64,000 nt of DNA from Protoeuglena noctilucae (Eukaryota). The notes beneath the pieces were generated by a model, which was not told where the DNA came from, ran no database searches, and was given only the letters and a program-made list of their open reading frames with translations. Where the stretch lies: positions 1,302,001 to 1,366,000 of the forward strand of contig OY253670.1 in NCBI GenBank assembly GCA_958009085.1. The letters run 5' to 3'. The translations under genes and the position numbers were made by a program. Each line of letters begins with the position of its first letter. Within the stretch, counting starts at the first letter, position 1. This document shows, piece after piece, positions 1 through 12,955 of this stretch.

Positions 1-672
1 TCTTCGCCGGGCTCTGGGGTTTCATGACGCCGGTGAGCGCCCCGCAGGCCGTCTCCAGCAAGCAGTGTGCTTTTCATGGGGTAACGAAGTGCGAACGCTG
101 TCCAAGGCTTTTGCCTGGTATTCACAACACTCACCCGCCACCCTCGTCGTGTCTTGCCCCCAGACGGGCGCCATGTGGGGCTGCATCGCCGGCTTTGCGT
201 CGGTCGTGGTCGAGGGCTGGGCCATCCGCGGCAACTTCGCCCAGGGCTGGAGCCAGTTCATCCTCCCCGCGGGCTCGTACGCCAACGAGACGGTCGTGGC
301 CTTCGTCATCGCCGTGGTCTTCTCGGGCTTCGTCGGGTTCGCCGTCTCGGCCGCCGAGCGCGTCTACACCCACGTCGTGCGCACGCGCCGCTACGTCGAG
401 ATGGTCGCGCGCCACCACAAGGTGCGCCGCGGATGCGGCCCCGCGTGCCGGCGGACACTGCGCACTGCGCGCCGTCTGCGCCCTCGCCATGGCCGGGCAA
501 TGGTGCATGCGCGTGTCACACATCCAATGCCGCGGGTCATGGTTTTTCTCTGCAGGTGGACCTGGATGCGATCGAGGAGGAGTTCGCGGGCCTCGTGGAC
601 TACCGTAACAAGAGCATCTTCGACAACAACAAGGACGGCACGAGCGCCACCGACGACGGGGACCAGGTCTGA
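1..672 (+). CDS. 3' end of a multi-pass membrane transporter, probably sodium:solute symporter (SSS)-like; 5'-truncated by the window edge
   Basis: Splicing GT-AG introns 32-163 and 422-556 gives ...AGLWGFMTPTGAMWGCIAGFASVVVEGW...ETVVAFVIAVVFSGFVGFAVS...DDGDQV*. Hydrophobic helices resemble the SSS C-terminal region; family call from resemblance only. Confidence 0.5.
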
Positions 673-924
673 CCCGAACCCGCATCGTCGGCCGGCAGCC
701 GGCCGCCCACGTCGAGCGCCACGCAGGCGGCGCGGATGCTTCTCTTCAGCTTTCGTGCCTCTTGCTGGATGACATGCGTGCTGCGTGCTCGCGTGGGCCT
801 CGCGCGCGGGCCACTCGCTCTTGAAGACGGGTGGCTGAGAAAGAGCAGCACGCATGCTTTCAAACCACGAGCGGGGCCCAGCACCTCTCCCAAAAATGCT
901 CTGGCGCCCCTTGCTGTCGTTCCA

Positions 925-2074
925 TCACGCTGCCTTGGCGACCCTCACCACCTCGTCGACGTCTGCGTACCCAAGGATGCCCTTGTCCGTGTGGAGCCAA
1001 ACGCGTTCCGGTCCCCTCATCACCAGCGTGCCACCCCGCTGCAGCAGCAGCTCGTCGTCCCGCGGCCGCAGGACCTCCCAGTCACGCAGAATGTCCGTCA
1101 TGTTCAGCAGCCTGCGTGTCACAGGAAGGACTTGGCAAGCCTTCCAGACGCGACACGCCTCGACGGTTGAGTTACGACAAACCACATGCTGAGACCAGCC
1201 CTCGCTCGCTGTCCCCTGCGTCTCACCGGAGCGTGGCGAGCTCGAAGGGCCGCTGGTACCCCTTGCCGACAACGTCAAAGAACGGGGCCCAGGCGATCTG
1301 CCGCGGATCCTGGGGGCTGTAGTTGAACACCTGGCCCGCTTGCCGGTCACCCACGTATCCTCGCAGCACCTCGGGGAGCGTGCCGGGGGACCCGATGCCC
1401 GCACACATTGCCAGCAGGCGCATGTAGGCGTTGACGCCCCCCGCCTGCAGCCCCGGTGACAGGCCGAGTGCCCGGTGTGCGGCCCCCGAGGGGTCTGCCC
1501 AAAGGAACTCCTTGGGGAAGGACGTGAGGTCGCAGAAGCGACGCGCAGCTTCCAGGGACCCGATGCCGACGCAAACGACGCGCACCTGCGGCGGACGGGT
1601 CGGCGAGGCTCGCACGCATCCCACGCATGCCTGGGTGCCGTGCGTGGTGCGTGCTCAGCGACCAAGCCACGGCTGGGTCACCTTGGCGTCCGCGAGCTCG
1701 GTGATCTTGGACCGCAGACGCTGCGCGTACTCCCACGAGTCGAAGTCGGCGAAATGAGTGAGGAGGGCGAGTGTCACGACTTGGTTCGCGCCCCACAGCT
1801 CCGTGAGGTTCTCCTCCACGCCAGACGAGCAGTGGAAGACCCTGATGCCCTGAAGCTTCGAAAACTCGGTCGATACGGGAGCCGGCGGTGGAACCGGGGC
1901 GGAGATGGGCGCAGAGGCCGAGGACGAAGAGCTGAAGTCCTCGCCCCTTGGCGTCGCACGCGCGAGCCCGCAGCCGCGCGCAGGGCGATCTGCAGGGACG
2001 ACTCGCACTCCCCGCAGATGGACGCTGCGGTGAGAGGTAGCGGCGACCGGTGCTGTTCGCGCGAGTGTCGCCAT
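925..2074 (-). CDS. AhpC/TSA-like (peroxiredoxin-like 2 / thioredoxin-fold) protein, probably plastid-targeted; 3 exons
   Basis: Ser/Ala/Arg-rich N-terminus, then LLTHFADFDSWEYAQRL, VGIGS, ADP, MCAGIGSPGTL, YQRPFELATLR and QRGGT motifs typical of the cyanobacterial/algal AhpC-TSA_2 family. Two GT-AG introns restore the frame. Confidence 0.75.
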
Positions 2075-2395
2075 GGCGCCACTTGAGGTCTTGGAACTCT
2101 CTCGATAAATGGGACAGGACCGATGTGTATCATCAACGCGTCAGTGCGCTTTGTGAACTTGTCATGTGTACGTCTACCAGCGGCGCAGGGGGGTTGTAGA
2201 GGTGGCAAACCCTACCGCTTCTTGCAGCATGTCGTGCCCTCAGTGCTGCTCGAGGCTGCGTACACGCAAGGAGTCCCCAGCCTACGCCATGTGGAGCACT
2301 GGACTAGCAAGCGGGGTCTGAGCGTGGCCTACCTTTCGGTCTCCCTAGTCAACCCCCAAAACCACCCTTGACCGATGCCAGCAAGACACTTACCA

Positions 2396-5300
2396 TGAGC
2401 CGTGAGGGCTCCCGTGACCTGCCGGCGTCCACGTCCGGCCGCGTGGCCGCGGCGCGAGGCGGTGGCAATGGCTTCCTCCAGTCCCCTCTTGCGCGGATGC
2501 AGGTGACGCGCACCAGCTCTCTGCATCCTCCGCGGGTTGCAGCGACACGTTATGTCTGCCAGGGCGCAGTCCCTTGAGCGCGCCTGCGAGGCCCACACGG
2601 ACGCGAAGGGCACGGCAGCGACGCGCGCATGCTCGCGGCGCCTGCGACTGCCGCATCGCTTCTGGGATACATGGCATGTGTCTCGCTTCGCAGGAGTTTA
2701 TCGGAAATGTAGCGCGCCCCTCGGAGCTGCCGTCCTTCCAAGAGCGGCCCCGCAGCGGCGGTGCAATCATGACGACCTTGTGGCAGGGCCCCGAGGACAG
2801 CGGAGGCGAGGCCGGCGCCGCGCGTAGGACGGACACTCGCGAAATAGAGCGCCAGGGAAGAATCGGGGCCTTTTTTAGCGTCGCTCGCTTCACACGTCAC
2901 ACCCGCCCCTGTCTCGCAGGGGGCACAGGCCCAGGGCAGACCTGGGGCGCCATGCCCGCGGGAAAACGCGGCCCGGGAAACCACCTCTACCCTGCGCGTC
3001 TCGGTCGCGCGCCAGACATGAACCTCAAGTCCCTGCCGCAGCTCTCGGACCGGTGACCCTTGCGGCTCAGGCTACGAGCGTGCTCTCCACTGCCCTGTTG
3101 GGCCATCCAGCCCGGCTGTCGTCGACTCGACTCTCCTCTTTTCTCCGCCGGCCTCGCCCGCAGCCGCTTCTCTCCGTCCTGGTTGGCCCAGGAGGTGCCC
3201 CCGATCAAGCACCCGGCGGTGCTGGAGCCCCTGCCACGCCCGGGCCTCCCCACCGCGGCCCGCACGGCCACGCAGTTCCTCTCGGCGACGGACGCGAAGC
3301 CGCAAGCTACGCCCTCCCCACTGGGTCTGAACGTGGGCGTCGCCCCCGACGTCCGTGTCTTCATATCTGCGGAGGAGCTGAGGGACCTGGGCCTCCCGAG
3401 CATCTCTGTGGAGAAGCTCAACGTGGCACTCGCCGCACTCAGCCGGGGACTCGACACGCGCACGCTCACCAGCACGGGTGAGGGCAGCGCGGCGGTGGAT
3501 GCAGATGCGGGGCCGTGACCTCATTGGTCGGTGGACGGAGGCGGCTTGTTTCATCTGTGAACTGTGAGCCCGCGGCGTTGTGCGCAGCGGAGGTGTGGAT
3601 GGCCATGCTGCTGGCCTGCAAGGAGGCGCTGGCGCTGGGGTCTCTCGAGGAGCTGATGGAGATTGGGACAGGCGAGGGGAGGGCATGGGGGCTGCAGTGA
3701 TGCTGGAGACGGTCGAGGGGAGATGAACAGGCTTTGTGCGGTGGGGAGCCAGAGATACCGGGGATGAATCGACTGTAATGGCGATACACAATCACCCGCG
3801 CCGTTTGTGACCCAACTCAACCCCGCGTGTCGTGCAGCCCACGGCCACGGCCTGTCGAGCTTCCTGCCGCGCCTGTGGCTGTCCATGATGCACCACGTCT
3901 TGTACAAGCTCCGGGCAAAGCCCCAGGGGGAGACGTACGACGAGGTCGGCCAGGTGCGTGACTACTGTCTCTGGCTGAGCTTGGCACGTTGCTGGTGCGC
4001 GTGCCATGTTTTGACTCGTCCCGCTGGCCGCCCCACCAGGTTCTCGAGACGATGGCGCAGCGCCTGGGCATCCATGTGGCAGTGGCCAAGCAGGCGGCGG
4101 AGACGGCGGAGGCAGAGATGACGGGGGGCGCCAAGACCAACACCCGGGGGTACCGCAAGATGGTGAGGAGTGGGGCGTGGTTATGGTAGTGGAGGCGATA
4201 ATGGTTCCCTTGCGACACGGTGCCAGAAGCCACGCTTCGATAGCCCATAACGTCGCCCATTTCCTCTACCCTCGCAGGTGTCTGAGTTGCAGGGGCAGCT
4301 GGACCGTGTGTCGGAGGACAACGCGCGTCTGGCGGCCCACGCGCGTATGATGGCGGAGGAGCTGAGCGCAGCGAGGGAGGACATGGCTTCTGTCGTGGCC
4401 GTGTGGGGCGACATCGCGTGGCTGCAGGACCGGCAGGACCAGGTGGCGGGTCTGAACCGCCTGCCGGCACGCGTGTCGGAGCTGAGCCACCGCCTGCACC
4501 GGTCCATCCAGCGGGCGGACGAGGTGGCGGGGGAGCACGAGCGCGCGATGGAGGCGAACGAGGCGCTGCGGGGCCAAGTGGGGTCGCTGCAGAAGGAGGT
4601 GCAGGAGCGGACGGCCCAGGCGGGGCGGCTGAGGGCCGAGGTGGAGGCGGGGGCGGCCATGGTCAAAAGCCAGGAGGAGGGGAGGGTGCGGGTGAGGCTT
4701 GGGTGGGAGGGGTTGAGAGCTGGGAGTAAAGGGGGGTGCGGGTGAGGGTCCAGAGGGTGGTGCACAGCGAGTCAACAGTGGCTGACTCCTACAGCTGCGT
4801 GTGGCATCTCTCAAGGTCCTTTTCACGGCAACACGTCTGTGAGATGTGTTAGTACCCTCCTCTTGTCGTCCCTGATCGCAGATCATGGAGCAGCTGGAGC
4901 AGACCGACCGGGACCTGGAGGTACAAACGAGGGACGCGACACAGGCGGCCGCAATTGGGGCGGAGCTGGGCAAGCAGCTGGACCTATCGCAGGAGGCGCA
5001 GAGGAGGGCGGAGGCGGAGCTGGCAGAGGCGCAGGAGAGGGAGAGGGAGCTGTCGGCGCAGCTGCGGGAGGCGCGGACGGTGGCGCAGGACATGGAGGTG
5101 AGCGGGGGTGCGGGGAGGGGTGCGTGGGATGGTAGCACGTGGAAATGGACAAGGGTGCTGGGCGCATCCGCACCCCACTCTCCACCCTCCTCTACCCACT
5201 CTCCACTCAACCCTCTCCCCTCTCCTCCCCGCTCGCAGATCCAGGTGCGTCGCCTGGAGTTGCTCCGCGCCAAGGACGCCGAAGAGACGGCGCACGTCAA

Positions 5301-8300
5301 GGCGCTTTTCGCCGAGATGGACCCGGAGGCGAGGGACCTCGTGGGGGGGTTCGAGCGGGCGCTCAAGAAGGCGGAGGACAAGGCTTTGAAGTGGGTCAAG
5401 CGGATGAAGCTCCTGGGGACCGACCTCGAGACGGCCAAGTGAGGACGCAGGGGCTGACAGTGTGGAACACTGGGAGGGTCCTGGTCATCACTCTGCGACA
5501 TTCGTAGGCTACTGCTCACTGTTCGTCATATGCACAGCTCTGCGGACGAGGACACCTCGTCATCACGGACTCTGGACTGCGGTACCGAAGCAAGGGCTTT
5601 ACTGGTGGTCCCCGCATGCCGCCATCCCCGCATCCCTTCCCTCCCTGCCTTACGCAGGAAGGTGGAGCTGCACGAGGTCCGGCAAAGCATGCAGCTGGTG
5701 CGCCGCGAGGTTCACGCGTCGGTGGAGCAGGTCTGGGCGTGGTCGAGGGACACGGTCCGGCGTGCCCTAGCCGCGTCGGTGGGCCTCGTGCAGGCGCGGG
5801 AGTCGACGATCGAGTCCTTCAAGACGCAACTGGCGCAGACGGAGGCGCAGGTGTGATGGGGGGCTGTATAATGCAGGCAACGTTGGGCACCTCCCACGGT
5901 GCTTGGCCATCGATGGTGCCAGCAATCCCCTGCGTCTGCCCAGGCACCCGCGCCCGCTTGCTGCCCTCCAGCCGCTTGCTGCCACAGGCCCCTCGTCTAC
6001 CTGGGCCGCTTGCCCATTGTCAAGCAGGCATCCATGCGATGCGCACGCACATGCCCTCTCATCGTTTGCAGATGGTCGCGGAGCGCACGAGGTTCCAGGG
6101 CCGTATCGGGGACCTGGAGGTGCTGCTGGCCGCGGCCAACCGCACCATCAACGAGCGGGACGAGGAGATCGTGGGGCTGCGGAAGGAGATATCGGACCTG
6201 AACGCGCAGGCCAAGCGGGTGCGTGACGGCTGGGCTGCAGAGCGGCAGGCGTGGCATACGTGTCGCGTCTCTGACGATCGAATGCAGCGGCATAGCCATG
6301 CTGTGCATGCAACATTTGCCAGCATGTCTTTGTTAACAGAGCTCCCTGCGCTAGAATGGCATGGCATGGTGCCATGTTTGGCCATGCCTGAGAGAGACTC
6401 TGTTGCTGCTCTGCAATGTGCAGTTGGAGGCCGAGCTGGATCGGGAGGTCCAGGAGCGCGAGCGCTGCGAGGGGGTCATCCGTGAGCTGGAGCAGATGAT
6501 CGCTGAGCTGCGGAAGGCGAGTGGGCGGGGGGCGACTGCGATGGCCGGCCCACACGCCCGTCTGCCTGCTTGCAAATGCCCATGCATTTCCCTTGCTCCT
6601 CTCATCATCACATCCTTCCCTCACTGCAGTCGGAGGAGGCGCTGTACCAGCTGCAAGTCGAGCTCAAGGTGAGGAGCGCATGCCAAGTGATGACTTCACG
6701 CAGACAATCACTGTGCTCGGCCACGCTCGATCGGACTCGCGTCACTCGCTTCGGCTGCCAAGACCCCGCGTTTGCTACGCTGCATTTGATACTCTCCATC
6801 ATCCGCGACACGCAGCATCCGTCTCTCATCCACAGGCGCTGCGTCAGGAGCACGCGGAGGTGTTGGGCAAGGCCGAGCGACTGGAGGCGCTGGCGTCCGC
6901 GCAGGCTGACGAGCTGGTGGAGGCGCGGGCAGAGCGCGAGAGGGCGCGGGAGCGGGCCGTGGACGCCGAGAGAGACGTGAGAGGGCCTCTCATGGGGGCA
7001 GCCTATAGAAGCCCGTGCTGCATCGCTGTGCGGCATCGCTCCTGTATTGTCACTGCACGTGTCCAGCCCCTGATCACTTCCTCCCCCCTGCCCAGCTCTC
7101 ACTGCCACCGCCTGGGTCATCCCCGCAGCTCTTCATCACAAAGCGCGCAGCCGAGGCGGCCCTCTCCGAGCAGGAGCGCCTGGCCTCTGCGCTGTCCAAG
7201 ACGACGCAGGAATACGCCAAGGAGAAGGCGCTGCGGCAGAGGTGCGTGACATTTGGGATGAGGCATGCTGTGAGACGTGCCACCATATGTGCATGCGCGA
7301 CGAAGAGATGCCATGAGAGACCCGGCTGGCTGTCTGTTCCGGCCACGCAGCCGCACGGTCGCTGCCACCGCCCCGCACGTTACTGTCGCTCACACGCCGC
7401 TGCGCCGCTGCCCTCTCCGCAGTGCCGAGGCCGAGTGCAACCGCCTCAGCAAGAAGCTCGACCGGATCAAGAGTTCCGGGATGGAGAAGATGGCCTTGAA
7501 ATACAAGGAGCTGCTCGAGAAGGTGCTCAACGCCAAGGTCGGGGCCCTCAAGGCTGCGGCCGATGCCCCGGGGCCAATCGAGTACCCCAAGGGTGGCTTC
7601 TCGAGTCGATCTCCGCTGGTATTGGACGACGAGGGGCATCGGTCGCCGGATCCGACGCATCAGCCGAACCCGGGTGAGGAGCAGGGGCAGTGGGAAGCGT
7701 GGCGGGTGCATGGTGTGTGCGCACGCGCTTCCCATGCATGCCAGCACACCTCTGCGCCTCTGCGAAAGGCGATAGTCCATGCCATGCTATGCAATTTCAT
7801 AACACATTCCGCGTTCTCCTTGCTCCCCCCAGCGTCGGCAGTGGCCGCGGAGATGCTGGGGGAGATCGAGGACGCGGGTGGCCCTGCGTCTGCCTTGATG
7901 AAGGAGCGCGCGGAGCAGACGCTGGCGGCGAGGCGAGCGCGGTCCGAGGCGCAGCTGGAGATCCCGGAAGACCTGCTGGACGACGGTGAGCCACGGATGG
8001 GCAGTCACGACACTGGTCACTGCACTGCACATGGCGGGCAGCTGCGGTTGCCACATTGGGCCAGTGGCCAGCTCCGGATAGCACGCCACGGCTTCCATCT
8101 GCATCGACCCCCGCATCCCTTGTGGGCTCCTGCGGTCACACTGTGGTCCCATGCGGTGGACGATACCATCGTCAAACACAAGCAGCTTGCCTTGAGCCAC
8201 TCTTGCTCCTCATATCTGCAGATCCGCTGTCCAAGCTCTCCGACCAGCAGCTCCTCAACCTAGTCGAGGGCCGCGACCTGAATTACGGCCTCCCCCAGCC

Positions 8301-9972
8301 GCGGCAGGAGGGGCGGCCCGCCTACCACCCCATGACGCAGGACCAGGCGAGGCGCAGCTGCTGAGGGGGAGCCATGGGGGTGGCCCATTGAGCGCAAAGA
8401 CAGGCGTCCCAGCACCTGTGCGAGTGGGAGATTCAAGACCCAGAGATGCCCACGCCTCTTCACCCCTCGCTCAATCACCCTCGTTGTCTCTTCCCTCCTC
8501 AGGTCGCCTCGGGCGCCGCCCCCGGCCCCGCCGTCTTCGACACCGCGGGGCAAGACGCGCCCCGTCCCCCGCTGCACCCCGCGCCCCCGCCGCCCGCGCC
8601 CGCGTTCGCATCCCCGGCGCCGGTGCGGTCGTCGGCCGACGTCTTCGCTGAGGCGTCTGAGGGTGGTGTCCCCGGCCGGCTCCACATCTCCGTGCAGGCT
8701 CCCCGCACCAGCCGCGGCCACCTGCGTGGCGTTCCCGAGGGCGCTCCCTCTGAGACCTTCTCCGACGCTGTGTCGGACGTCTTCAACCCCAATCTCATGG
8801 ACCACCCCCTCGTGAAGCTGGTCGACGCCATTGAGCCCGCCATGCCCGAGGTCGACAAGTACAGGGTATTCCGCGTGCCCCTGGTGAGCCGCGACAAGAG
8901 CAGGCGGAGCATTCATGGGTGTTGCTCTGCATAGCCCCGGTCGATTCGCCCATCACCTGGCTGTGCGTGCCCGCCGCCGCGCTGCGCCCGGTGTGACTCT
9001 GACTCTCCCGCGCGCTCCGCTCGCCGCAGCAAGACGGTTGGGGATCCTGGCAAGTGGACGAGCTCAATTTCCTCGTCATCCGCGGACTCCAGGCCAACTT
9101 CCCGGGCATCCTCATCCCGCCCCTCCCGCCCAACCTCGTCGTCCCCAAGGAGGGGGAGGCGCGGCCCGCGGCGCCACGCATGGCCCTCCCCGCCGCGGCG
9201 CCCCCCGCGCTCTTCATGGTGAGGACCGGACAGGGGCCGTGGCGTGCAGTGGCGGCTGGGCACTGGAAAGGGCTTGGAGACATGCAGTGGCTAGCCGGCC
9301 ACGGACCACGCAGCGTGCATCAGAATGCATCCCTGCCATGATGGCTCGCGCCCTGCATCGCTTTGTGCTGAGAACGCGTCGCCCTGTCCCTGCCCTCAGC
9401 TCGAGCGGCGGGTCAAGGGCGTGGCCAAGTGGACGGAGCGGCACCTCGATCGCCGCACGGCGCTCCCCATGGCGAGCCGCAACGTCAACGCGGACTCAGA
9501 GATTCTCGAGGACATCGCTCTGCAGGCCGACATGAGCCTCCCCCGGGTGCCCGCCCACATCGTCGTCACCGACCCCACCGTGCGCGCTCAGGTGCGGCGC
9601 GGCGCCTGTGCACTGCCCCGCTTGCCAGGTCCCGATGCGCTCCGACATCCACAACCATCCTGTGATTCGCAGTTCTCGAAGCCGAATTACGGCGGCCCCG
9701 ACGGCGACCGGGGCGGGGGAGCGAGCATCCGGAGCCCTGGGCAGCGGAGTCCCCGGCGCCCGCGGCCCATGTCCCCACATCAGGAGGACCTGGAGGTGGT
9801 GCCGCGGTCCGCGTCGCTGGACTCTGGGGCGGTGCGGCCCATGCCGGCAGGGCAGCAGGGGCGCGGGCGTCGCCTGGGAGGCAAGCGCATGTTCGTGGGG
9901 GTCGGCCACCTGAAGAACCAGCGGCAGTCGTCCGACGGCGCGATTGGGCTGCCGCAGATGGACGAATGGTGA
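2396..9972 (+). CDS. Large multi-exon (about 20 introns) coiled-coil protein of unknown function with a Pro-rich C-terminal part; start uncertain (2396 or 2468)
   Basis: Chain of E/A/R/Q-rich exons joined in frame by GT-AG introns and three GC-AG introns (3672-3837, 6517-6629, 8347-8502); ends ...GLPQMDEW* at 9972. Confidence 0.6.
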
Positions 9973-10434
9973 CGTCATGTCTCTCCATGCGCGGGTCACT
10001 GGCACCTGCGCGCGGTCTCTTGCGTGCAGCGCTGAGCAGTCTGCCGGCGATAGCGGACCATCAATTGCATCTCGTCTCAAGCTCTTGAATTCCACGTGGA
10101 CATTCCGCAGCTGCGGCCGCGCTGAGCCTCCGCACGAGCAAGCCGGTGAGGGCGCCTCCCGCCTGGCTCCCCACGTCAACAGTTTAGATGCGTAAAGTTA
10201 TTGTGATTGGGTGCGGTGGGGTGATGGGGCGCCGCCAGACGGGGCGCAGCGCAGGGGTGCTGCCCCTCGCGAAAAGGCGGCCGGGCGCGACCAACTGACG
10301 CGTCCGCTCGTCCGTTCTGAGCACGCTGCACTTTCTTCGAGCCGTGAGAACTTGCATGAGTGCCCAAGCTCTCCCCCGCGCGCGCAGGGGACCGAGAAAC
10401 TCCAAGTGCTGCTCCCCACCTTTGCCGGGCGGCC

Positions 10435-12412
10435 ATGGAGCCGGTGATGCCGCGGCAGCCGGCTCCTGGGCACAATTCTGCTTCCACCGCAAATGCTGCT
10501 CAGGCGCAATCGCTGCACCCTGCGCCGTATCGAGGGGACGCGGTTTTGCAACCGGAGGCAGCCCCTGAGAGCCCTGGGCCGTCCTCGCGGCCGCCACCGA
10601 GGCCCTGGTGCGCTTCTGCTCAGGAAGAGCTCACACGCCAGGGATTCGAGCTGACGGCCAAAGCTCTGGTGGTGTGCCCCACATGTGCGGCGTTCCGTGG
10701 CACCCTCAGGGCCGTCAAGGTGAGGAGGGCGGGATGCCTTGGCCCCCTCAAGCTAGAGCGGCCCTCAAGGTTATAAGGGCTTACATAAAAGTCGCGCAAC
10801 GCACCCCCAGGTCCATCACTTCCGCGCACACGACGCGCAGCTGTCCTCCGAGGGCATCGCCAGGAGCATGCTCCGCAACCAGGGCCTCTGGCCGGGGCTG
10901 TGGGGCGGCCGGGTCGTCGCTGAGCCGCCCCATGCCATTGCGAGATCGGCGGGGCCCCCGACACCTGCCCGGGGCATGGGCGCAGGGACCAAACGGCCCT
11001 TTGAGGACAGTCGCCCTCTGGAGGCCTTTGCCGAGCTCGCGCGGCCCTGGCCCGGCTACCTGTGTCGCCCCGTGCCCGTGCACGTCGCGCAGAGCCTCGT
11101 GGGCACAAGTGCCAGGAATGAGGCTTCCGAGGTGCGGGGATGCATGACAGGCAGGCTCGCATGACGAGTGGAGGGGGCAGCTTTCGCTGACATGGTCGCG
11201 CATCTTTCCACCTCCCGCAGCCCCAGACCCCAGTTCTGCTGTCAGGGACGCCAGCCGGGGGCACAGGGGCCCGCCCACTGCTCATCAGCACGCTGGACCC
11301 GCCTGCTGCGTGCCCCTCGTGAGTTCAAGCAGGGCAAACCTCAACCAGGGAACTTCTTACACTCCGTTTCAGCATGAACCTCCCTCGATGCGCTTTTCAT
11401 TCTCAGGGCGGTTCGCATCCGGACAGACCGTGGTGCCAGCACTGTCATGCATGCCCTGGGTGAGGTGCTCACACACGCATGACACCCTTTTCTCATCGCC
11501 CCCGGCATCAATAACGGTCATGTCTCGGGCACGGCGGTGGCTGTGCAAAGCGCCCGCCGCCCTCTTGGCCGCAGCTGGGCACGACCGCCTGGACTACGAC
11601 GCCGGCCTGCCCCCCTTGTGTGACCGGAGCCCGTCTCCCGGTCCCGTGCCCTCGCCCTGGCCTGGCTCCGGCCACATCACACCACGGGAGTCTCTGACCG
11701 GGATGTTTGGCTTTGTCCACGGGGACTGTGCCAGGGGCAGCCAGGGCGGCGAGCTGGTGAGACGATGCCATGTGCCTACTTACAGCGCATGCAGCAACGG
11801 GGCACGCGTCTGAGGAAACCACCCTCGCTTTGTTGACACCCCGGGCGCTCCTTCCCTCGCTGCAGAAAACGCTGACGCCGCTGCCACCTGCGGGGGCCGC
11901 TCCGCCGTGCCTGGCGGTCTCTCAGGTGTGTGCGTGACAGATGAGGCCACTCTAATCCCGCGGCGCTGGCAAGGCTAGAGTGAACGCTAACAGCCACCGC
12001 ACGCTGTCCTCCTCCATCCCAGGGCGGTCAGGGGACCTGGGACCGCGCAGGTGGGCCCCTGGCCAACGTCCCCAGTCACGACATGCTCAGCCCCCGGCCC
12101 TTTCCCCCGCTGACTCCCGTCGCCGACCGCGCCGCCTGCATGGCGGGCCGGTCGAGCCCCGCGGGTCGGCCCAGCACCTTCGGACCCTGGGCGCCCCACA
12201 AGCCCTGCCCTGTGTCGGTGGCGTGCGCCACGCGCCCGGGACGCAAGGCGCGTCTGCTGGACCGCGGGGGGTGGCCTGCTCGGCGCGAGGCGGCCGCGGC
12301 GCGGTCCCCAGATCTACTGCAGGCGCGCGACTGCTGGCCCACGGGTCAGGGCATGTGGGTAGACGTTGCGATCGCTAACGTCACGCACCTCCCCAGCCCG
12401 ACGCCCCAGTGA
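10435..12412 (+). CDS. Orphan Pro-rich protein with a single C2H2 zinc finger; 3' end uncertain
   Basis: Splicing AAG|GTGAGG (~10720) to CCCCAG|GTC (~10810) gives CPTCAAFRGTLRAVK|VHHFRAH, i.e. C-x2-C-x12-H-x4-H. Further GT-AG-bounded exons continue the frame. Confidence 0.5.
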
Positions 12413-12955
12413 GTGGGTTTGCGGGGCAGGGGGCGCTCACTGCACGAGAGCATGCACGGTTTCAAGCCATGTCCCAGGCACATAGACAGGCAGACAGGCA
12501 GACGTGGCGCAAGGTTGAGCGTGGCGGGGCGCCACTGTGGGCATGCCCATGCTGACAAGCTGCGCTTTGGAGGGCAGCCAGTCCTACGGCGACCCGGGGG
12601 TCCCGATCGTGCTACGCCAAACTGGAGGGCAAAGGTACGGCTTCGGGGAAGGGCGCAGAGCAAGGAATGCAAGGATGTGAGGGGTACGAGGAATGTTACG
12701 CTGAGTCATGGAAGAGACCTGCAGCGGGTCGCAGGGGGCCCAGGGCTCCACATGCTGGCACCGATGGTCCCAACTACCGACCACAAACGTTGCAAACCGA
12801 CCCGGCTTGACCCCGCATGCACGGCGCGGGAGCGCGCGGGGAGGGGACTAGGGTAAGCCACCCGAGGCGTCCGCCAGGGACCAGCGCAAGCAAAAGTGTA
12901 CTGATACTCTTTGCGTAACCCCGGATACCGCTCGGAGGTGTTCCGAACTGTGAGA

